DNA of 64,000 nucleotides from an uncultured Alphaproteobacteria bacterium (GTDB lineage Bacteria; Pseudomonadota; Alphaproteobacteria; RF32; CAG-239): NCBI GenBank assembly GCA_944390315.1, contig CALXPO010000007.1, positions 6,252 to 70,251 of the forward strand, read 5' to 3'. Shown piece by piece: positions 54,771 to 64,000 of this stretch (position 1 is its first letter; each line of letters starts with the position of its first letter). The notes under the pieces were generated by a model. It saw only the letters and a program-made list of their open reading frames with translations, ran no database searches and was not told where the DNA came from. The position numbers and the translations under genes were made by a program.

Positions 54771-55658
54771 ATGACCGTGTCTAAGAAAAAAACTCTGAGT
54801 TTGCTCGTTGTGGCCTTACTTGCCGTAAGCGGATGCCGTTTTTGGGATCGCAGTATGCAAGATGTTATGGTAGATCCTATGGACGATGCCAATGCTGTTG
54901 AAAGATATCCGGACAGATACACTCAAATGGCTCCTTTGGCTACGCCGCGTTCGATTCTTGTTTGCCGCAGCAAACAATGCGCGCCGATAAAACTGTCTAT
55001 ATCTAAAGAATACATTTATAACAGTTTGGCCCAAATGATGAAAAACAACAGTCAACAAAAAGCATTAGTATGTACCGCCGAAGTCGGAAGCCACAGTTGC
55101 TACCAAAATTATGTTTCTTTGCCTATTACTGTTGGTATCACTCCGGCATATATGTACATCGATTCGGTAAAAATTAGCGATGTCAGCATGAACAAAGGCA
55201 GCGCTTCCGTTAATATGATGCTCAATTATAACGTAACCTATAACGGTCAAACGCCGGAATGTTCACCGGACAAAACATTGCTTTACGTTAAAGACGCCGA
55301 CAACATTGTCTTAGAAGATAAAGGCTATCGTTGCAAAATGACAACCTTGGGAACAACAACGGTTAAAACTATGTTCTTAATTGACTTTATTGACTTAGAT
55401 TATGGCTTTATCGGCGGTTATTATTCCATCGGTTTGTCTGGTCCTGCCTATGGCGGCGGCACCGGTTATATGATGCTAAGACTGGCCAAGACAGGATATC
55501 CGTTATTGCCTATGCCTAAGGCACCGGAGCCCAAAGCTAAAAAAACCGCCGGTCAAGAACGAGCCGAAGATTATGTCGGCAGCAGCAAAACCGACGACGC
55601 AACAAATGCCTCCGGCACTAAAGACGTCCAAGTCTTTCCCATTAACTATAAAAACTAG
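54771..55658 (+). CDS. Putative lipoprotein (295 aa)
   Basis: Lipobox LLAVSGC. No other motif recognised. Confidence 0.65.
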   Translation: MTVSKKKTLSLLVVALLAVSGCRFWDRSMQDVMVDPMDDANAVERYPDRYTQMAPLATPRSILVCRSKQCAPIKLSISKEYIYNSLAQMMKNNSQQKALVCTAEVGSHSCYQNYVSLPITVGITPAYMYIDSVKISDVSMNKGSASVNMMLNYNVTYNGQTPECSPDKTLLYVKDADNIVLEDKGYRCKMTTLGTTTVKTMFLIDFIDLDYGFIGGYYSIGLSGPAYGGGTGYMMLRLAKTGYPLLPMPKAPEPKAKKTAGQERAEDYVGSSKTDDATNASGTKDVQVFPINYKN

Positions 55659-55669
55659 TTTTATTCTGA

Positions 55670-55699
55670 CAGCCTCATCCTAAATGAGGCTGTTTTTTT
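55670..55699 (+). terminator. Intrinsic terminator
   Basis: CAGCCTCAT-CCTAA-ATGAGGCTG followed by TTTTTTT. Confidence 0.85.
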
Positions 55700-56075
55700 A
55701 CCTTGCACACAGAATTAAAATGCACGACAAACGATAACAAGAGTCTGCTCGGCATGGTCAAAAAATACAAGCAAATTTTATAATCGATTTAGCTTTTACG
55801 GAATGACAGGAAACTAATTCTAAATCCTTGTCGGCAGACTTCGTTGACCCGCCTATATTTCAACAATCAGGCTTTGTATAAACAAATTTTTCTCGAGTTA
55901 CGGCTCTGGCATTTAACGAATAAAAGCCATTTACTTAAATACATTCCAACGCCATTCGAAATATTTTTGTCATTTAAGGATTAAAAATTTGACTTTTTTG
56001 TCCATATGTTATATGTTTATAAGCAATATAAAGTATAAGTTTTATTGTATTATTTACCCTATAAAAAAAATAAAT

Positions 56076-56654
56076 ATGGAATTTCAAGATTTTGAAACTT
56101 TGTACGAAGCAGCCTGCCAAATTGTGCACGCCGCCGGTCACAATGCTGTGATTGCCTCTGCAGCCAAAAAACAGCAAAAACTTCTGCTCTCTCGGCTGTA
56201 TATGAACTTTCCGAGTTCATTGAAAGAAGCAAATGCCCATTCTCACTTCAATCTTGTGCAATTCATGGAGATGTTGGTCAAATTTCCCGAAATAATTCGG
56301 CTCAATGAAACTAAATTCATTTCTCTCATAGATGATATAGAGAATCAAGGTCTGAAAGTTTTTCCGGAACTCAAAAGAGTTAAGAATAATTTGAAAACCA
56401 TTCATGAAGACAGAAAAAATCAAGATACGGAAATCAAAAAAAGACTTATATCTGATTTTCCTGACTGCATGGAACGGTTGGAAGCTATCCCCTTTGCTCA
56501 AAAAGATATTCTGAATTGTATGATAAACTATCCGGACATTTTGGAAGCAAATCGACAACAGTTTCTGCAACTGATGGTAAATATGTCCTCTCGATTGGAG
56601 GATATCCCCGAAGAACTGAAGATTATATGGCGCAGCTTAGTCTTGCAACCATAA
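56076..56654 (+). CDS. Hypothetical protein (~192 aa)
   Basis: ORF 55989..56654, with ATG 56076 (MEFQDF) the more plausible start. Helical; no motif recognised. Confidence 0.5.
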   Translation: MEFQDFETLYEAACQIVHAAGHNAVIASAAKKQQKLLLSRLYMNFPSSLKEANAHSHFNLVQFMEMLVKFPEIIRLNETKFISLIDDIENQGLKVFPELKRVKNNLKTIHEDRKNQDTEIKKRLISDFPDCMERLEAIPFAQKDILNCMINYPDILEANRQQFLQLMVNMSSRLEDIPEELKIIWRSLVLQP

Positions 56655-56674
56655 CAATGAAAATCCCAAAAAAA

Positions 56675-56708
56675 GAAACCACCGCTTTAGCAGGTGGTTT
56701 CTTTTTTT
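56675..56708 (+). terminator. Intrinsic terminator
   Basis: GAAACCACC-9 nt-GGTGGTTTC followed by TTTTTTT. Confidence 0.85.
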
Positions 56709-57184
56709 ACCATAAAAAGCTAGAAAGTGTCAAACACCCAAAAAAATATAAAGTACCTTGCAACTCATAAAATTCATAGCTTATTGACTTCAAGGATTCT
56801 ATCTCATAATCATCCCAAGACAAGACACAAGAAATCTTTGATAGTTTTAGCGTACGCGTAAATAAATTTTCTCCAATTTTCCATTTCCATTAATCAATCT
56901 CACCGAACTAAACTATATAAACTCCCCAATACTCCGCAAAAAAATATTTTATAGAACAATATATTCTACATAACAGAAAAGATTTAGATTTTTGCCTTAA
57001 AAGCAAAGAACAAATACAAGACAATGAAATTTATGAAGAAAAAAGTATATTTTTTCAATTAAAATCAAAAATATTTTATTTTTTTTGCGTTTTTGTGTTT
57101 TTGTTATTGAAAAATAAACTATTCTTGCTTAAGTTAACAAATGTATTAAATAAGTTACAATAAAACCCATATGGAGAAAATAAT

Positions 57185-57649
57185 ATGAAAAAACTTTTAG
57201 GTCTGTTCTGCATGGTTGCCATGTTGTCTGCTTGCTCTTCGACAGGATCGATGGGCGGTATGTTCGGTGGCAGTGAATGCGATTCGAGAGAAGCTCGTGA
57301 TTTTATGGCCAACGCCGAAGACAGAGTATTCTTCGCTTTTGATAGCTCTGCTTTGAGTGAGAATGCTGAAGAAGTCTTAAATACTCAAGTAGAATGGTTG
57401 AAGAAACACGAAAATGTTAGCATCGTTGTTCAAGGTTACTGCGATGAAAGAGGTACAAGAGAATACAACTTGGCTTTGGGTGAACGCCGTGCAACTGCCG
57501 TAAAAGATTACTTGGTAGCTAACGGAATTGCAGCTGACAGAATTTCTACCATTTCTTATGGTAAAGAAAGACCGGCAGTTCTTGGTAACAATGAAGCTGC
57601 TTGGGCTCAAAACCGTCGTGCCGTAACTGTTGTTAAAGCCGCTAACTAA
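57185..57649 (+). CDS. pal: Peptidoglycan-associated lipoprotein Pal (OmpA-like domain)
   Basis: Lipobox MLSACSS and the OmpA-C-like block VFFAFDSSAL...VVQGYCDERGTREYNLALGERRA. Confidence 0.93.
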   Translation: MKKLLGLFCMVAMLSACSSTGSMGGMFGGSECDSREARDFMANAEDRVFFAFDSSALSENAEEVLNTQVEWLKKHENVSIVVQGYCDERGTREYNLALGERRATAVKDYLVANGIAADRISTISYGKERPAVLGNNEAAWAQNRRAVTVVKAAN

Positions 57650-57680
57650 TTCGGTTTTATCAGGTAAGTTTACAAAAAAA

Positions 57681-57710
57681 AAGAAGATGCTTCGGCATCT
57701 TCTTTTTTTT
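57681..57710 (+). terminator. Intrinsic terminator after pal
   Basis: AAGAAGATGC-TTCG-GCATCTTCTT followed by TTTTTT. Confidence 0.85.
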
Positions 57711-57809
57711 ATAGCCGCAAGAAGAAGCAGCCTGATATATTTTTTTAACTTGTGATTTGCAAGTTTTTGCCCTATATCTTGAAACAGTCAATCAAAGAAA
57801 GGACAACAC

Positions 57810-58637
57810 ATGAAAAAATTTTTTGTTATGTTTGCCTTAGCCGGCGCTGCAATTACATTGTCAACACCTATCGCAAAAGCACAAGATGTAAGTGTTATTA
57901 TGCAAGAAATTGACGACTTGCGCGAAGACTTAAAAATTTTACAACGTCAAAACTATAATGGCGAAAATTCCGAATTGGAAATTCGCTTTGGTCATTTAGA
58001 CGAATTAGTTCGCTCAACAGCAGGTCGACTTGATGAATTAGAATACAAAATTAAACAACTTAATGAAAAAATTGACCTTATCAATAAAGATATTGATGTA
58101 AGAATGAATTTGCTTGAGGGAAAGAAAATCAACTCTTCATCATCAGAAATAAGTGATAATTCGCCAAAATTTTCAGCTCCGATAGCCCAAAATGCTCCAA
58201 AGGCGATAACGGGAGCTTCTATTGCCAACAATGATTTGCAACCTTTGGCAAAACCGACTGCGGCAAACATATATCAACAAGGATTGGAGGCACTAAGAGC
58301 TTCAAATTTTGTCGTTGCCGAAGAAAATTTTGAACAAGTTCTAAAAAAATTTCCAAATGATAAACTCGCGGGCAATGCACAATATTGGCTCGGCGAAACC
58401 TATTATGTACGCAAAGAATACAGCCGTGCGGCCATAGCTTTTGCAAAAGGCTATCAAGACTACAAAGATAATCCCAAAGCCGCCGACAGCTTACTCAAGC
58501 TGGGCATGTCCATGCAAGAATTAGGCAAAAAACAAGATGCATGTACAGCTTTTAAGAGCTTAAAAACAGAATTTCCCAAAGCAGAAAAATCTCTCCAAGA
58601 TAAGGCTGCCGAAAAAGCCAAACAATTAGGATGCTGA
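57810..58637 (+). CDS. cpoB: Tol-Pal system protein CpoB/YbgF
   Basis: Signal peptide, an N-terminal coiled coil and C-terminal TPR repeats (AQYWLGETYYVRKEYSRAAIAF...). Positioned directly after pal. Confidence 0.85.
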   Translation: MKKFFVMFALAGAAITLSTPIAKAQDVSVIMQEIDDLREDLKILQRQNYNGENSELEIRFGHLDELVRSTAGRLDELEYKIKQLNEKIDLINKDIDVRMNLLEGKKINSSSSEISDNSPKFSAPIAQNAPKAITGASIANNDLQPLAKPTAANIYQQGLEALRASNFVVAEENFEQVLKKFPNDKLAGNAQYWLGETYYVRKEYSRAAIAFAKGYQDYKDNPKAADSLLKLGMSMQELGKKQDACTAFKSLKTEFPKAEKSLQDKAAEKAKQLGC

Positions 58638-59752
58638 TGTTACCGTTATCAACAGACAATTTCGCTGCCAAAATAAATGATATTGCCGCAAAGAACGGGG
58701 TTACGTTTAATAAATTGGCAATAGCGGTTTCGGGAGGTGCCGATTCGCTTGCTCTGACGTGGTTAGCCAAAGAAACGCTCAAATCTGTAAAACTTACAGC
58801 TCTAACGGTTAACCATCACTTGCGTAAAGAAGCCGAAGCCGAAGCCCTAATGGTTTCAGACTTAATGAGACAATGGGGAATAGAACATCATATTCTAGAT
58901 TGGTATAACGGAGAAAACATTGTTTCGGGAATAGAAGAAAAAGCCAGAGAAGCTCGATATAAATTATTGGAAGATTGGTGTATTAAAAACCATTTCTGTT
59001 TTTTGTTAACGGCACATCATCTCCGCGACCAAGCAGAAACCTTTTTGATGAGATTGCAAAGAGGAAGCGGAGTTGACGGATTATCGGCTATGAGTGAATT
59101 CAGCCCACGCGGACAAATTTTTATTGTGCGCCCGTTACTTGAATTTGAACCATCGGAGCTAAAAGATTTACTTAGGTCCAAACATATAAAATGGGCCGAA
59201 GACGCCTCCAATCAATGCGATGATTATTTACGCGTCAGGATACGCAAATTTTTACCCGAGCTGGAGCAAAAGACGGGAATAACCGTTGAGCGTTTAGCCC
59301 AAACGGCTTCTGCCATGCGTCAAGTCAGGGATTATTTTGCAGACGAAGTTAAAAACTTTATTATGGCTCATACACGTTCATATCCCGGACCTGCCGTTAG
59401 TTTTTCCCCTGCAGCCTTTGACAAGAAACATGAAGAAATAAAAAGACGGATTTTGTCCTACTTAATTCAAAGAACGGGACAAAAGCCCTACCCACCGGAA
59501 TATAAAGAATTACAAAGGCTGATTGAAAATTTGCAAAATGAAAATTTTGGAGGATGCACGCTCGGCAACTGCGAAATTTTTTTATACTTAAAACGCTGGT
59601 GGATAATCAAAGCCTCAAGCGGAAAAAGCAAACCTACAAATGCCCAGTGGCAAAAATGGATTCAAAAATATCCCCAATATCAAAAACTGGTTATCCCCTA
59701 CAAGTTGAAATGCCGTTTATTTGAGTCCGAACAAAAGCCTATTGTGTTTTGA
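58631..59752 (+). CDS. tilS: tRNA(Ile)-lysidine synthetase
   Basis: PP-loop AVSGGADSLAL and TAHHLRDQAETFLMRLQRGSG. Confidence 0.92.
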   Translation: MLMLPLSTDNFAAKINDIAAKNGVTFNKLAIAVSGGADSLALTWLAKETLKSVKLTALTVNHHLRKEAEAEALMVSDLMRQWGIEHHILDWYNGENIVSGIEEKAREARYKLLEDWCIKNHFCFLLTAHHLRDQAETFLMRLQRGSGVDGLSAMSEFSPRGQIFIVRPLLEFEPSELKDLLRSKHIKWAEDASNQCDDYLRVRIRKFLPELEQKTGITVERLAQTASAMRQVRDYFADEVKNFIMAHTRSYPGPAVSFSPAAFDKKHEEIKRRILSYLIQRTGQKPYPPEYKELQRLIENLQNENFGGCTLGNCEIFLYLKRWWIIKASSGKSKPTNAQWQKWIQKYPQYQKLVIPYKLKCRLFESEQKPIVF

Positions 59753-59804
59753 AAATAAAAAAACTATATATGAAAAAGATGAATTTTATTTTTAAGGAAA
59801 AATA

Positions 59805-61673
59805 ATGAAAATGGGTAAAAATCTCGTTTTTTGGTTGGTGGCAATTATATTACTGACAGCCATTGCCAACATGACCGGACAAGGAGGAAACATAACGGCA
59901 AGCAGTACGCAGGTGCCATTCTCCGAATTCATGAATCAGGCGGAAAATAAGCAAATTTCAGAAGTTACCGTTGCCGGTCCCGATGTCTACGGTACTTATA
60001 ACAACGGCGGAAAATTTTATACTTATGCGCCTTATGACCCGACCATGATTGAAACATTGCGCAACAACGGCGTTGTGGTTAAAGCAAAACCCGAAGATAC
60101 TTCGGCAAACACTTTTTGGGGCGTATTTGTTTCTTGGTTTCCGATGATTTTACTTATCGGTGTATGGATTTTCTTTATGCGCCAGGCCAATGCCGGCAAT
60201 AATAAAGCCATGAGCTTTGGAAAATCACGTGCCAAGCTGCTTGAAAACACAAAAAAAGTAACTTTTGCAGATGTTGCGGGGTGTGATGAGTCCAAACAAG
60301 ATTTAGAGGAAGTAATTGACTTTTTGAAAGATCCTGCAAAATTCCAACGTTTAGGCGGAAAAATTCCGAAGGGTGTTTTGTTGGTAGGTCCTCCGGGAAC
60401 AGGCAAAACCTTGTTAGCCAAAGCCGTTGCCGGAGAAGCCGATGTTCCGTTCTTTTCCATCTCGGGTTCCGATTTTGTGGAAATGTTTGTCGGTGTCGGT
60501 GCCTCGCGTGTACGAGATATGTTTGCTCAAGCAAAAAAGAATGCTCCGTGTTTATTGTTCATCGATGAAATTGATGCCGTCGGTCGCCACCGCGGGGCAG
60601 GTCTTGGAGGTGGAAATGATGAGCGCGAACAAACGCTTAACCAGTTATTGGTTGAAATGGACGGCTTTGACGAAAACGAAAATGTCATTTTGATTGCCGC
60701 CACCAACAGACCTGATGTATTAGACCCTGCCTTACTCAGACCGGGACGTTTTGATCGTCAGGTTGTGGTACCTAATCCCGATGTTAAGGGACGCGAAGAA
60801 ATATTAAAAGTTCACGTTCGTAAAGTACCTTTGGCCAAAGATGTCAATTTAGCGGTTATTGCCCGCGGCACCCCCGGATTCTCAGGAGCAGATTTGGCAA
60901 ATCTGGTTAACGAAGCGGCTTTGCTTGCTGCCAGACGCAACAAACGCAAAGTTACCTCTAAAGACTTTGACGATGCCAAAGACAAAGTTTTAATGGGCAA
61001 TGAGCGTAAATCTATGGCCATGGATGATCATGAAAAACAATTAACTGCATATCATGAAGCAGGTCATGCCATTTGCTCGCTCAATGTTCCCGAGACAGAT
61101 CCGATACACAAAGCCACCATTGTTCCCCGAGGACGCGCTCTCGGTATGGTGCAACAGTTACCGGAAAAAGATCAGTATTCTTATTCTCGGACCAAAATGC
61201 TCTCCCGTCTGGTAATTTGCATGGGCGGACGTGCAGCCGAAGAATTAAAATTCGGCAAAGATAAAGTAACAAGCGGAGCTTCTTCGGATATTGCCGCTGC
61301 AACTAAGTTGGCACGTTCAATGGTCACCGAATGGGGTATGAGTGATTTACTCGGTCCTGTGCTGTATGCCGAGAACTCTGAAGAAGTCTTTTTGGGAAAA
61401 GCCGTTACTCAAAATAAAAATATGAGTGAAGAAACGGCACGGGTAGTTGATTCCGAAATTAAGCGTTTGGTTTGTGATGCTCACCAACAAGCTCTGCAAA
61501 TATTGCAAGAAAAAAAGCAGGACTGGGAACGCTTAACCGAGGCTTTAATTGAGTACGAAACCCTGACCGGCGACGAAATTAAGCAAGTGATTAACGGTGA
61601 AAAACTTAACCGCTCCGGCGAAACGCCCGTTGATCCGGCGAAACAAACGCAATCATCAATACCTGAATTATAA
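59805..61673 (+). CDS. ftsH: ATP-dependent zinc metalloprotease FtsH
   Basis: Two N-terminal TM segments, AAA+ [18 protein letters not shown], the SRH region and the zinc motif HEAGHA. Confidence 0.98.
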   Translation: MKMGKNLVFWLVAIILLTAIANMTGQGGNITASSTQVPFSEFMNQAENKQISEVTVAGPDVYGTYNNGGKFYTYAPYDPTMIETLRNNGVVVKAKPEDTSANTFWGVFVSWFPMILLIGVWIFFMRQANAGNNKAMSFGKSRAKLLENTKKVTFADVAGCDESKQDLEEVIDFLKDPAKFQRLGGKIPKGVLLVGPPGTGKTLLAKAVAGEADVPFFSISGSDFVEMFVGVGASRVRDMFAQAKKNAPCLLFIDEIDAVGRHRGAGLGGGNDEREQTLNQLLVEMDGFDENENVILIAATNRPDVLDPALLRPGRFDRQVVVPNPDVKGREEILKVHVRKVPLAKDVNLAVIARGTPGFSGADLANLVNEAALLAARRNKRKVTSKDFDDAKDKVLMGNERKSMAMDDHEKQLTAYHEAGHAICSLNVPETDPIHKATIVPRGRALGMVQQLPEKDQYSYSRTKMLSRLVICMGGRAAEELKFGKDKVTSGASSDIAAATKLARSMVTEWGMSDLLGPVLYAENSEEVFLGKAVTQNKNMSEETARVVDSEIKRLVCDAHQQALQILQEKKQDWERLTEALIEYETLTGDEIKQVINGEKLNRSGETPVDPAKQTQSSIPEL

Positions 61674-61820
61674 GATATTCTTGTTTAACCGAACAAATCC
61701 CGATATGAAAATACATATCGGGATTTGTGATAATTTAGATGCTGCTTTTTTTGCCAAAGCAGTTGCTATTTGCAAGGATTGTTTATATATTGAAAATAAA
61801 TTTCAAAAGGAGATTTAATC

Positions 61821-63164
61821 ATGGCAAAAAAATTGTTTGGCACCGATGGTGTGCGCGGTGTTGCAAATGTTTATCCGATGACAGCGGAATTTGCAGTCAA
61901 ATTAGGCATGGCCTGCGGTCTTTTGGTTTGCAAAAACAAACATAGAGTCGCTATTGGACGTGATACCCGCATCTCGGGAGAGATGCTGGAAGCCGGCTTA
62001 ACTGCCGGATTAACCGCTGCCGGTATAGATGTTATCAAACTCGGCATTTTGCCAACACCGGCCATTACGACTATCACCCCCATGATTGATGTTGATATGT
62101 CATTTATGATAACTGCCTCACATAATCCATATCAGGATAATGGAATTAAATTGATTAATGCCGAAGGAGATAAATTTTCCGACGATGTTACCTCACAACT
62201 TGAAGAAATGATTGAGGCTAATAACTTTGAGTTGTCAAATGAACATTTGGGAACGGTCAGCGAACATAAGGAAGCCATAGTTCTCTATCTTGAAAAAGCC
62301 AAAAGTTTTATTACCGAACCACATCCTCTAAAAGGTTTGCGGGTTGTTCTTGACTGTGCCAACGGCGTCTTTGCCGATATTATGCCTCAAGTATTTAAAG
62401 ATTTGGGAGCAGGCGTCATTGCTCTCGGCAACAAGCCTGACGGCTATAATATTAATAAAGATTGCGGTTCGCAGCATCCGCAAAAAATGTTTGAAACCGT
62501 CCGTGGCGCCCATGCTCATTTAGGTATTGCCGTAGATGGGGATGGTGACAGAATTATCGTCTGTGATGAAAACGGTGAAAAAGTAGCCAGCGAGCAATTG
62601 ATGGCTTTTATCGTCAAGACAATGAAAGAAGAAGGTAATTATCGCGGAAATGCTCTGGTCTCAACGGTATTGTCAAATACGGCGTTGGAACGTTATATTA
62701 AATCGCTGGGTATGGATTATTACAGCACCAAAGTCGGCGAACGCGCCGTTATTGCCAAGATGCAAGAAGTTGGGTGCAGCGTTGGTGGTGAAGAATCGGG
62801 ACATGTTGTTGTTTCTGATTACAGCCGCACCGGAGACGGCATGGTTGTTGCTTTGTTGGTCAGCTTAGGTTTGCTCAAAAGCGGCAAAAAAATGAGTGAA
62901 ATTTTTCCGTTGTTTGCTTTTGATCCTTTTGTATTTGTCAACATCAGCGTTGCCAACCGTGATATTGTTCGTCAGGCAGTTGAAGACGAACAAGTAAAAG
63001 CAACCGTTAAGGCCGCCGAAGAAAAGATGGCAGGGATAGGTCGCGTTGTTTTACATCCGTCCGGAACAGAGCCCAAAGTTCGCGTATGGGTTGCCGGAAG
63101 CGATGAGGCTCTGGTCAAAGAACAAAGTGAGGCTATCATTAATCAAATAAAACGTTTTGCATAA
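61821..63164 (+). CDS. glmM: Phosphoglucosamine mutase
   Basis: MAKKLFGTDGVRGVAN, the active-site motif TASHNP and the metal loop DGDGDR. Confidence 0.96.
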   Translation: MAKKLFGTDGVRGVANVYPMTAEFAVKLGMACGLLVCKNKHRVAIGRDTRISGEMLEAGLTAGLTAAGIDVIKLGILPTPAITTITPMIDVDMSFMITASHNPYQDNGIKLINAEGDKFSDDVTSQLEEMIEANNFELSNEHLGTVSEHKEAIVLYLEKAKSFITEPHPLKGLRVVLDCANGVFADIMPQVFKDLGAGVIALGNKPDGYNINKDCGSQHPQKMFETVRGAHAHLGIAVDGDGDRIIVCDENGEKVASEQLMAFIVKTMKEEGNYRGNALVSTVLSNTALERYIKSLGMDYYSTKVGERAVIAKMQEVGCSVGGEESGHVVVSDYSRTGDGMVVALLVSLGLLKSGKKMSEIFPLFAFDPFVFVNISVANRDIVRQAVEDEQVKATVKAAEEKMAGIGRVVLHPSGTEPKVRVWVAGSDEALVKEQSEAIINQIKRFA

Positions 63165-63176
63165 GGGAGAAAAGAA

Positions 63177-63494
63177 TTGCTAAGCGGATTAAAGGCGCTA
63201 TTTACCAGCGGTATTATTTTTAGACCGATGGTTTTACTTGGAATTGTCAGTGGATTTTTAATGTCATCATTTTTAGATTGGGAAGAATTTTTTCCGTTAC
63301 TCGGCAGCATAGATTTATATCTGATGATGGGTGCCATTGCCGGATTGTACACTTTATTTTTCAATCAAGTTTACAAAGGACATGGCAAAGAGCTGGATTA
63401 TAAAGCCATGGGTGGAAAATTTGTCGGCAATTTATTTGATTTGGCCGTTGCTGGAATTTTTTCCTTTCTCTTTTTTGAAACACTTATTTTTTAA
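63177..63494 (+). CDS. Small hydrophobic hypothetical protein (TTG start)
   Basis: ORF with three hydrophobic segments and a non-ATG start. Confidence 0.35.
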   Translation: MLSGLKALFTSGIIFRPMVLLGIVSGFLMSSFLDWEEFFPLLGSIDLYLMMGAIAGLYTLFFNQVYKGHGKELDYKAMGGKFVGNLFDLAVAGIFSFLFFETLIF

Positions 63495-63507
63495 GGAATA
63501 AACTTTA

Positions 63508-64000
63508 GTGGTTAATCTTAAGCACGGTTTAGAAGTTTTAAAACAGAACATTCGTATAGCCCCCGAAAAACCGGGGGTTTATCGAATGCTTGGTCAAAAC
63601 GACAAAGTTCTCTATGTCGGCAAGGCCAAAAATATCAAAAAACGCATTGTCGCCTACTCCCATATCAACAAACTTCCGGTACGATTACAGCGAATGGTTT
63701 CCGAAATTGAACGTATGGAATTTATCGTTGTTGAAAATGAAGCCAAAGCCTTGTTATTAGAAAATGAGTTGATAAAAAAACTTGAACCGCATTATAACAT
63801 ATTGCTTAAAGATGATAAAAGTTTTCCGTATTTAATGCTTGATGTCAAAAATGAATATCCGGTATTAAAAAAATATCGCGGCGAACGTAAAGAAGGCTAT
63901 AAATATTTTGGTCCATTTGCCAATGCCGGCGCTGTTAACAATGTGCTGAATTTGTTGCAAAAAGCCTTTTTATTGCGCTCATGTTCCGAGAGTGTTTTCG
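63508..64000 (+). CDS. uvrC: Excinuclease ABC subunit C, 5' partial (runs off the window)
   Basis: My own translation from GTG 63508 (AAGGA lies 10 nt upstream) gives PGVYRMLGQNDKVLYVGKAKNIKKRI...ENEAKALLLENELIKKLEPHYNILLKDDKSFPY, a GIY-YIG domain. It is absent from the ORF track because it is truncated. Confidence 0.9.
   Translation, partial: MVNLKHGLEVLKQNIRIAPEKPGVYRMLGQNDKVLYVGKAKNIKKRIVAYSHINKLPVRLQRMVSEIERMEFIVVENEAKALLLENELIKKLEPHYNILLKDDKSFPYLMLDVKNEYPVLKKYRGERKEGYKYFGPFANAGAVNNVLNLLQKAFLLRSCSESVF

Overview
The window is a 64-kb chromosomal segment from a low-GC bacterium. The housekeeping gene order (pal-cpoB-tilS-ftsH-glmM, rplU-rpmA-obg, secE-nusG-rplKAJL-rpoBC) looks alphaproteobacterial, possibly a Rickettsiales/Holosporales-like intracellular lineage; this placement is inference only. 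Most of the window is core: clpB, a coaD fusion, rpoBC, ribosomal proteins, a heterodimeric ABC exporter, lptF/G-family permease, gmk, yicC, a DsbA-like protein, a PhoU-like/PiT pair, rlmH, rsfS, obg, pal/cpoB, tilS, ftsH, glmM and the uvrC 5' end.

Three things stand out.

(1) A roughly 13.7-kb integrative island abuts the 3' end of tRNA-Trp (about 28.34-42.03 kb). It carries a large serine recombinase, a Rep-like protein, a DUF3768 protein, a gene split by one in-frame TGA, a BcgI-like nuclease-methyltransferase plus specificity subunit, a class II Fic protein, a catalytic-domain-only tyrosine recombinase, and a GHKL ATPase fused to a PD-(D/E)xK nuclease. That last gene is my best candidate for an undescribed defence module.

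(2) The normally contiguous secE-nusG-rplKAJL-rpoBC cluster is interrupted three times by ORFan cassettes. One cassette holds two tandem paralogous membrane proteins with an HPD-less J-like domain and a C-terminal zinc ribbon. Each interruption carries one copy of a hairpin-rich ~140-bp repeat that is also tandemly duplicated at the window start.

(3) A short ORF downstream of clpB has motifs resembling ADP-ribosyl cyclase/CD38.

No rRNA genes or CRISPR arrays were seen. All functional calls come from motif recognition by eye. No database searches were run.
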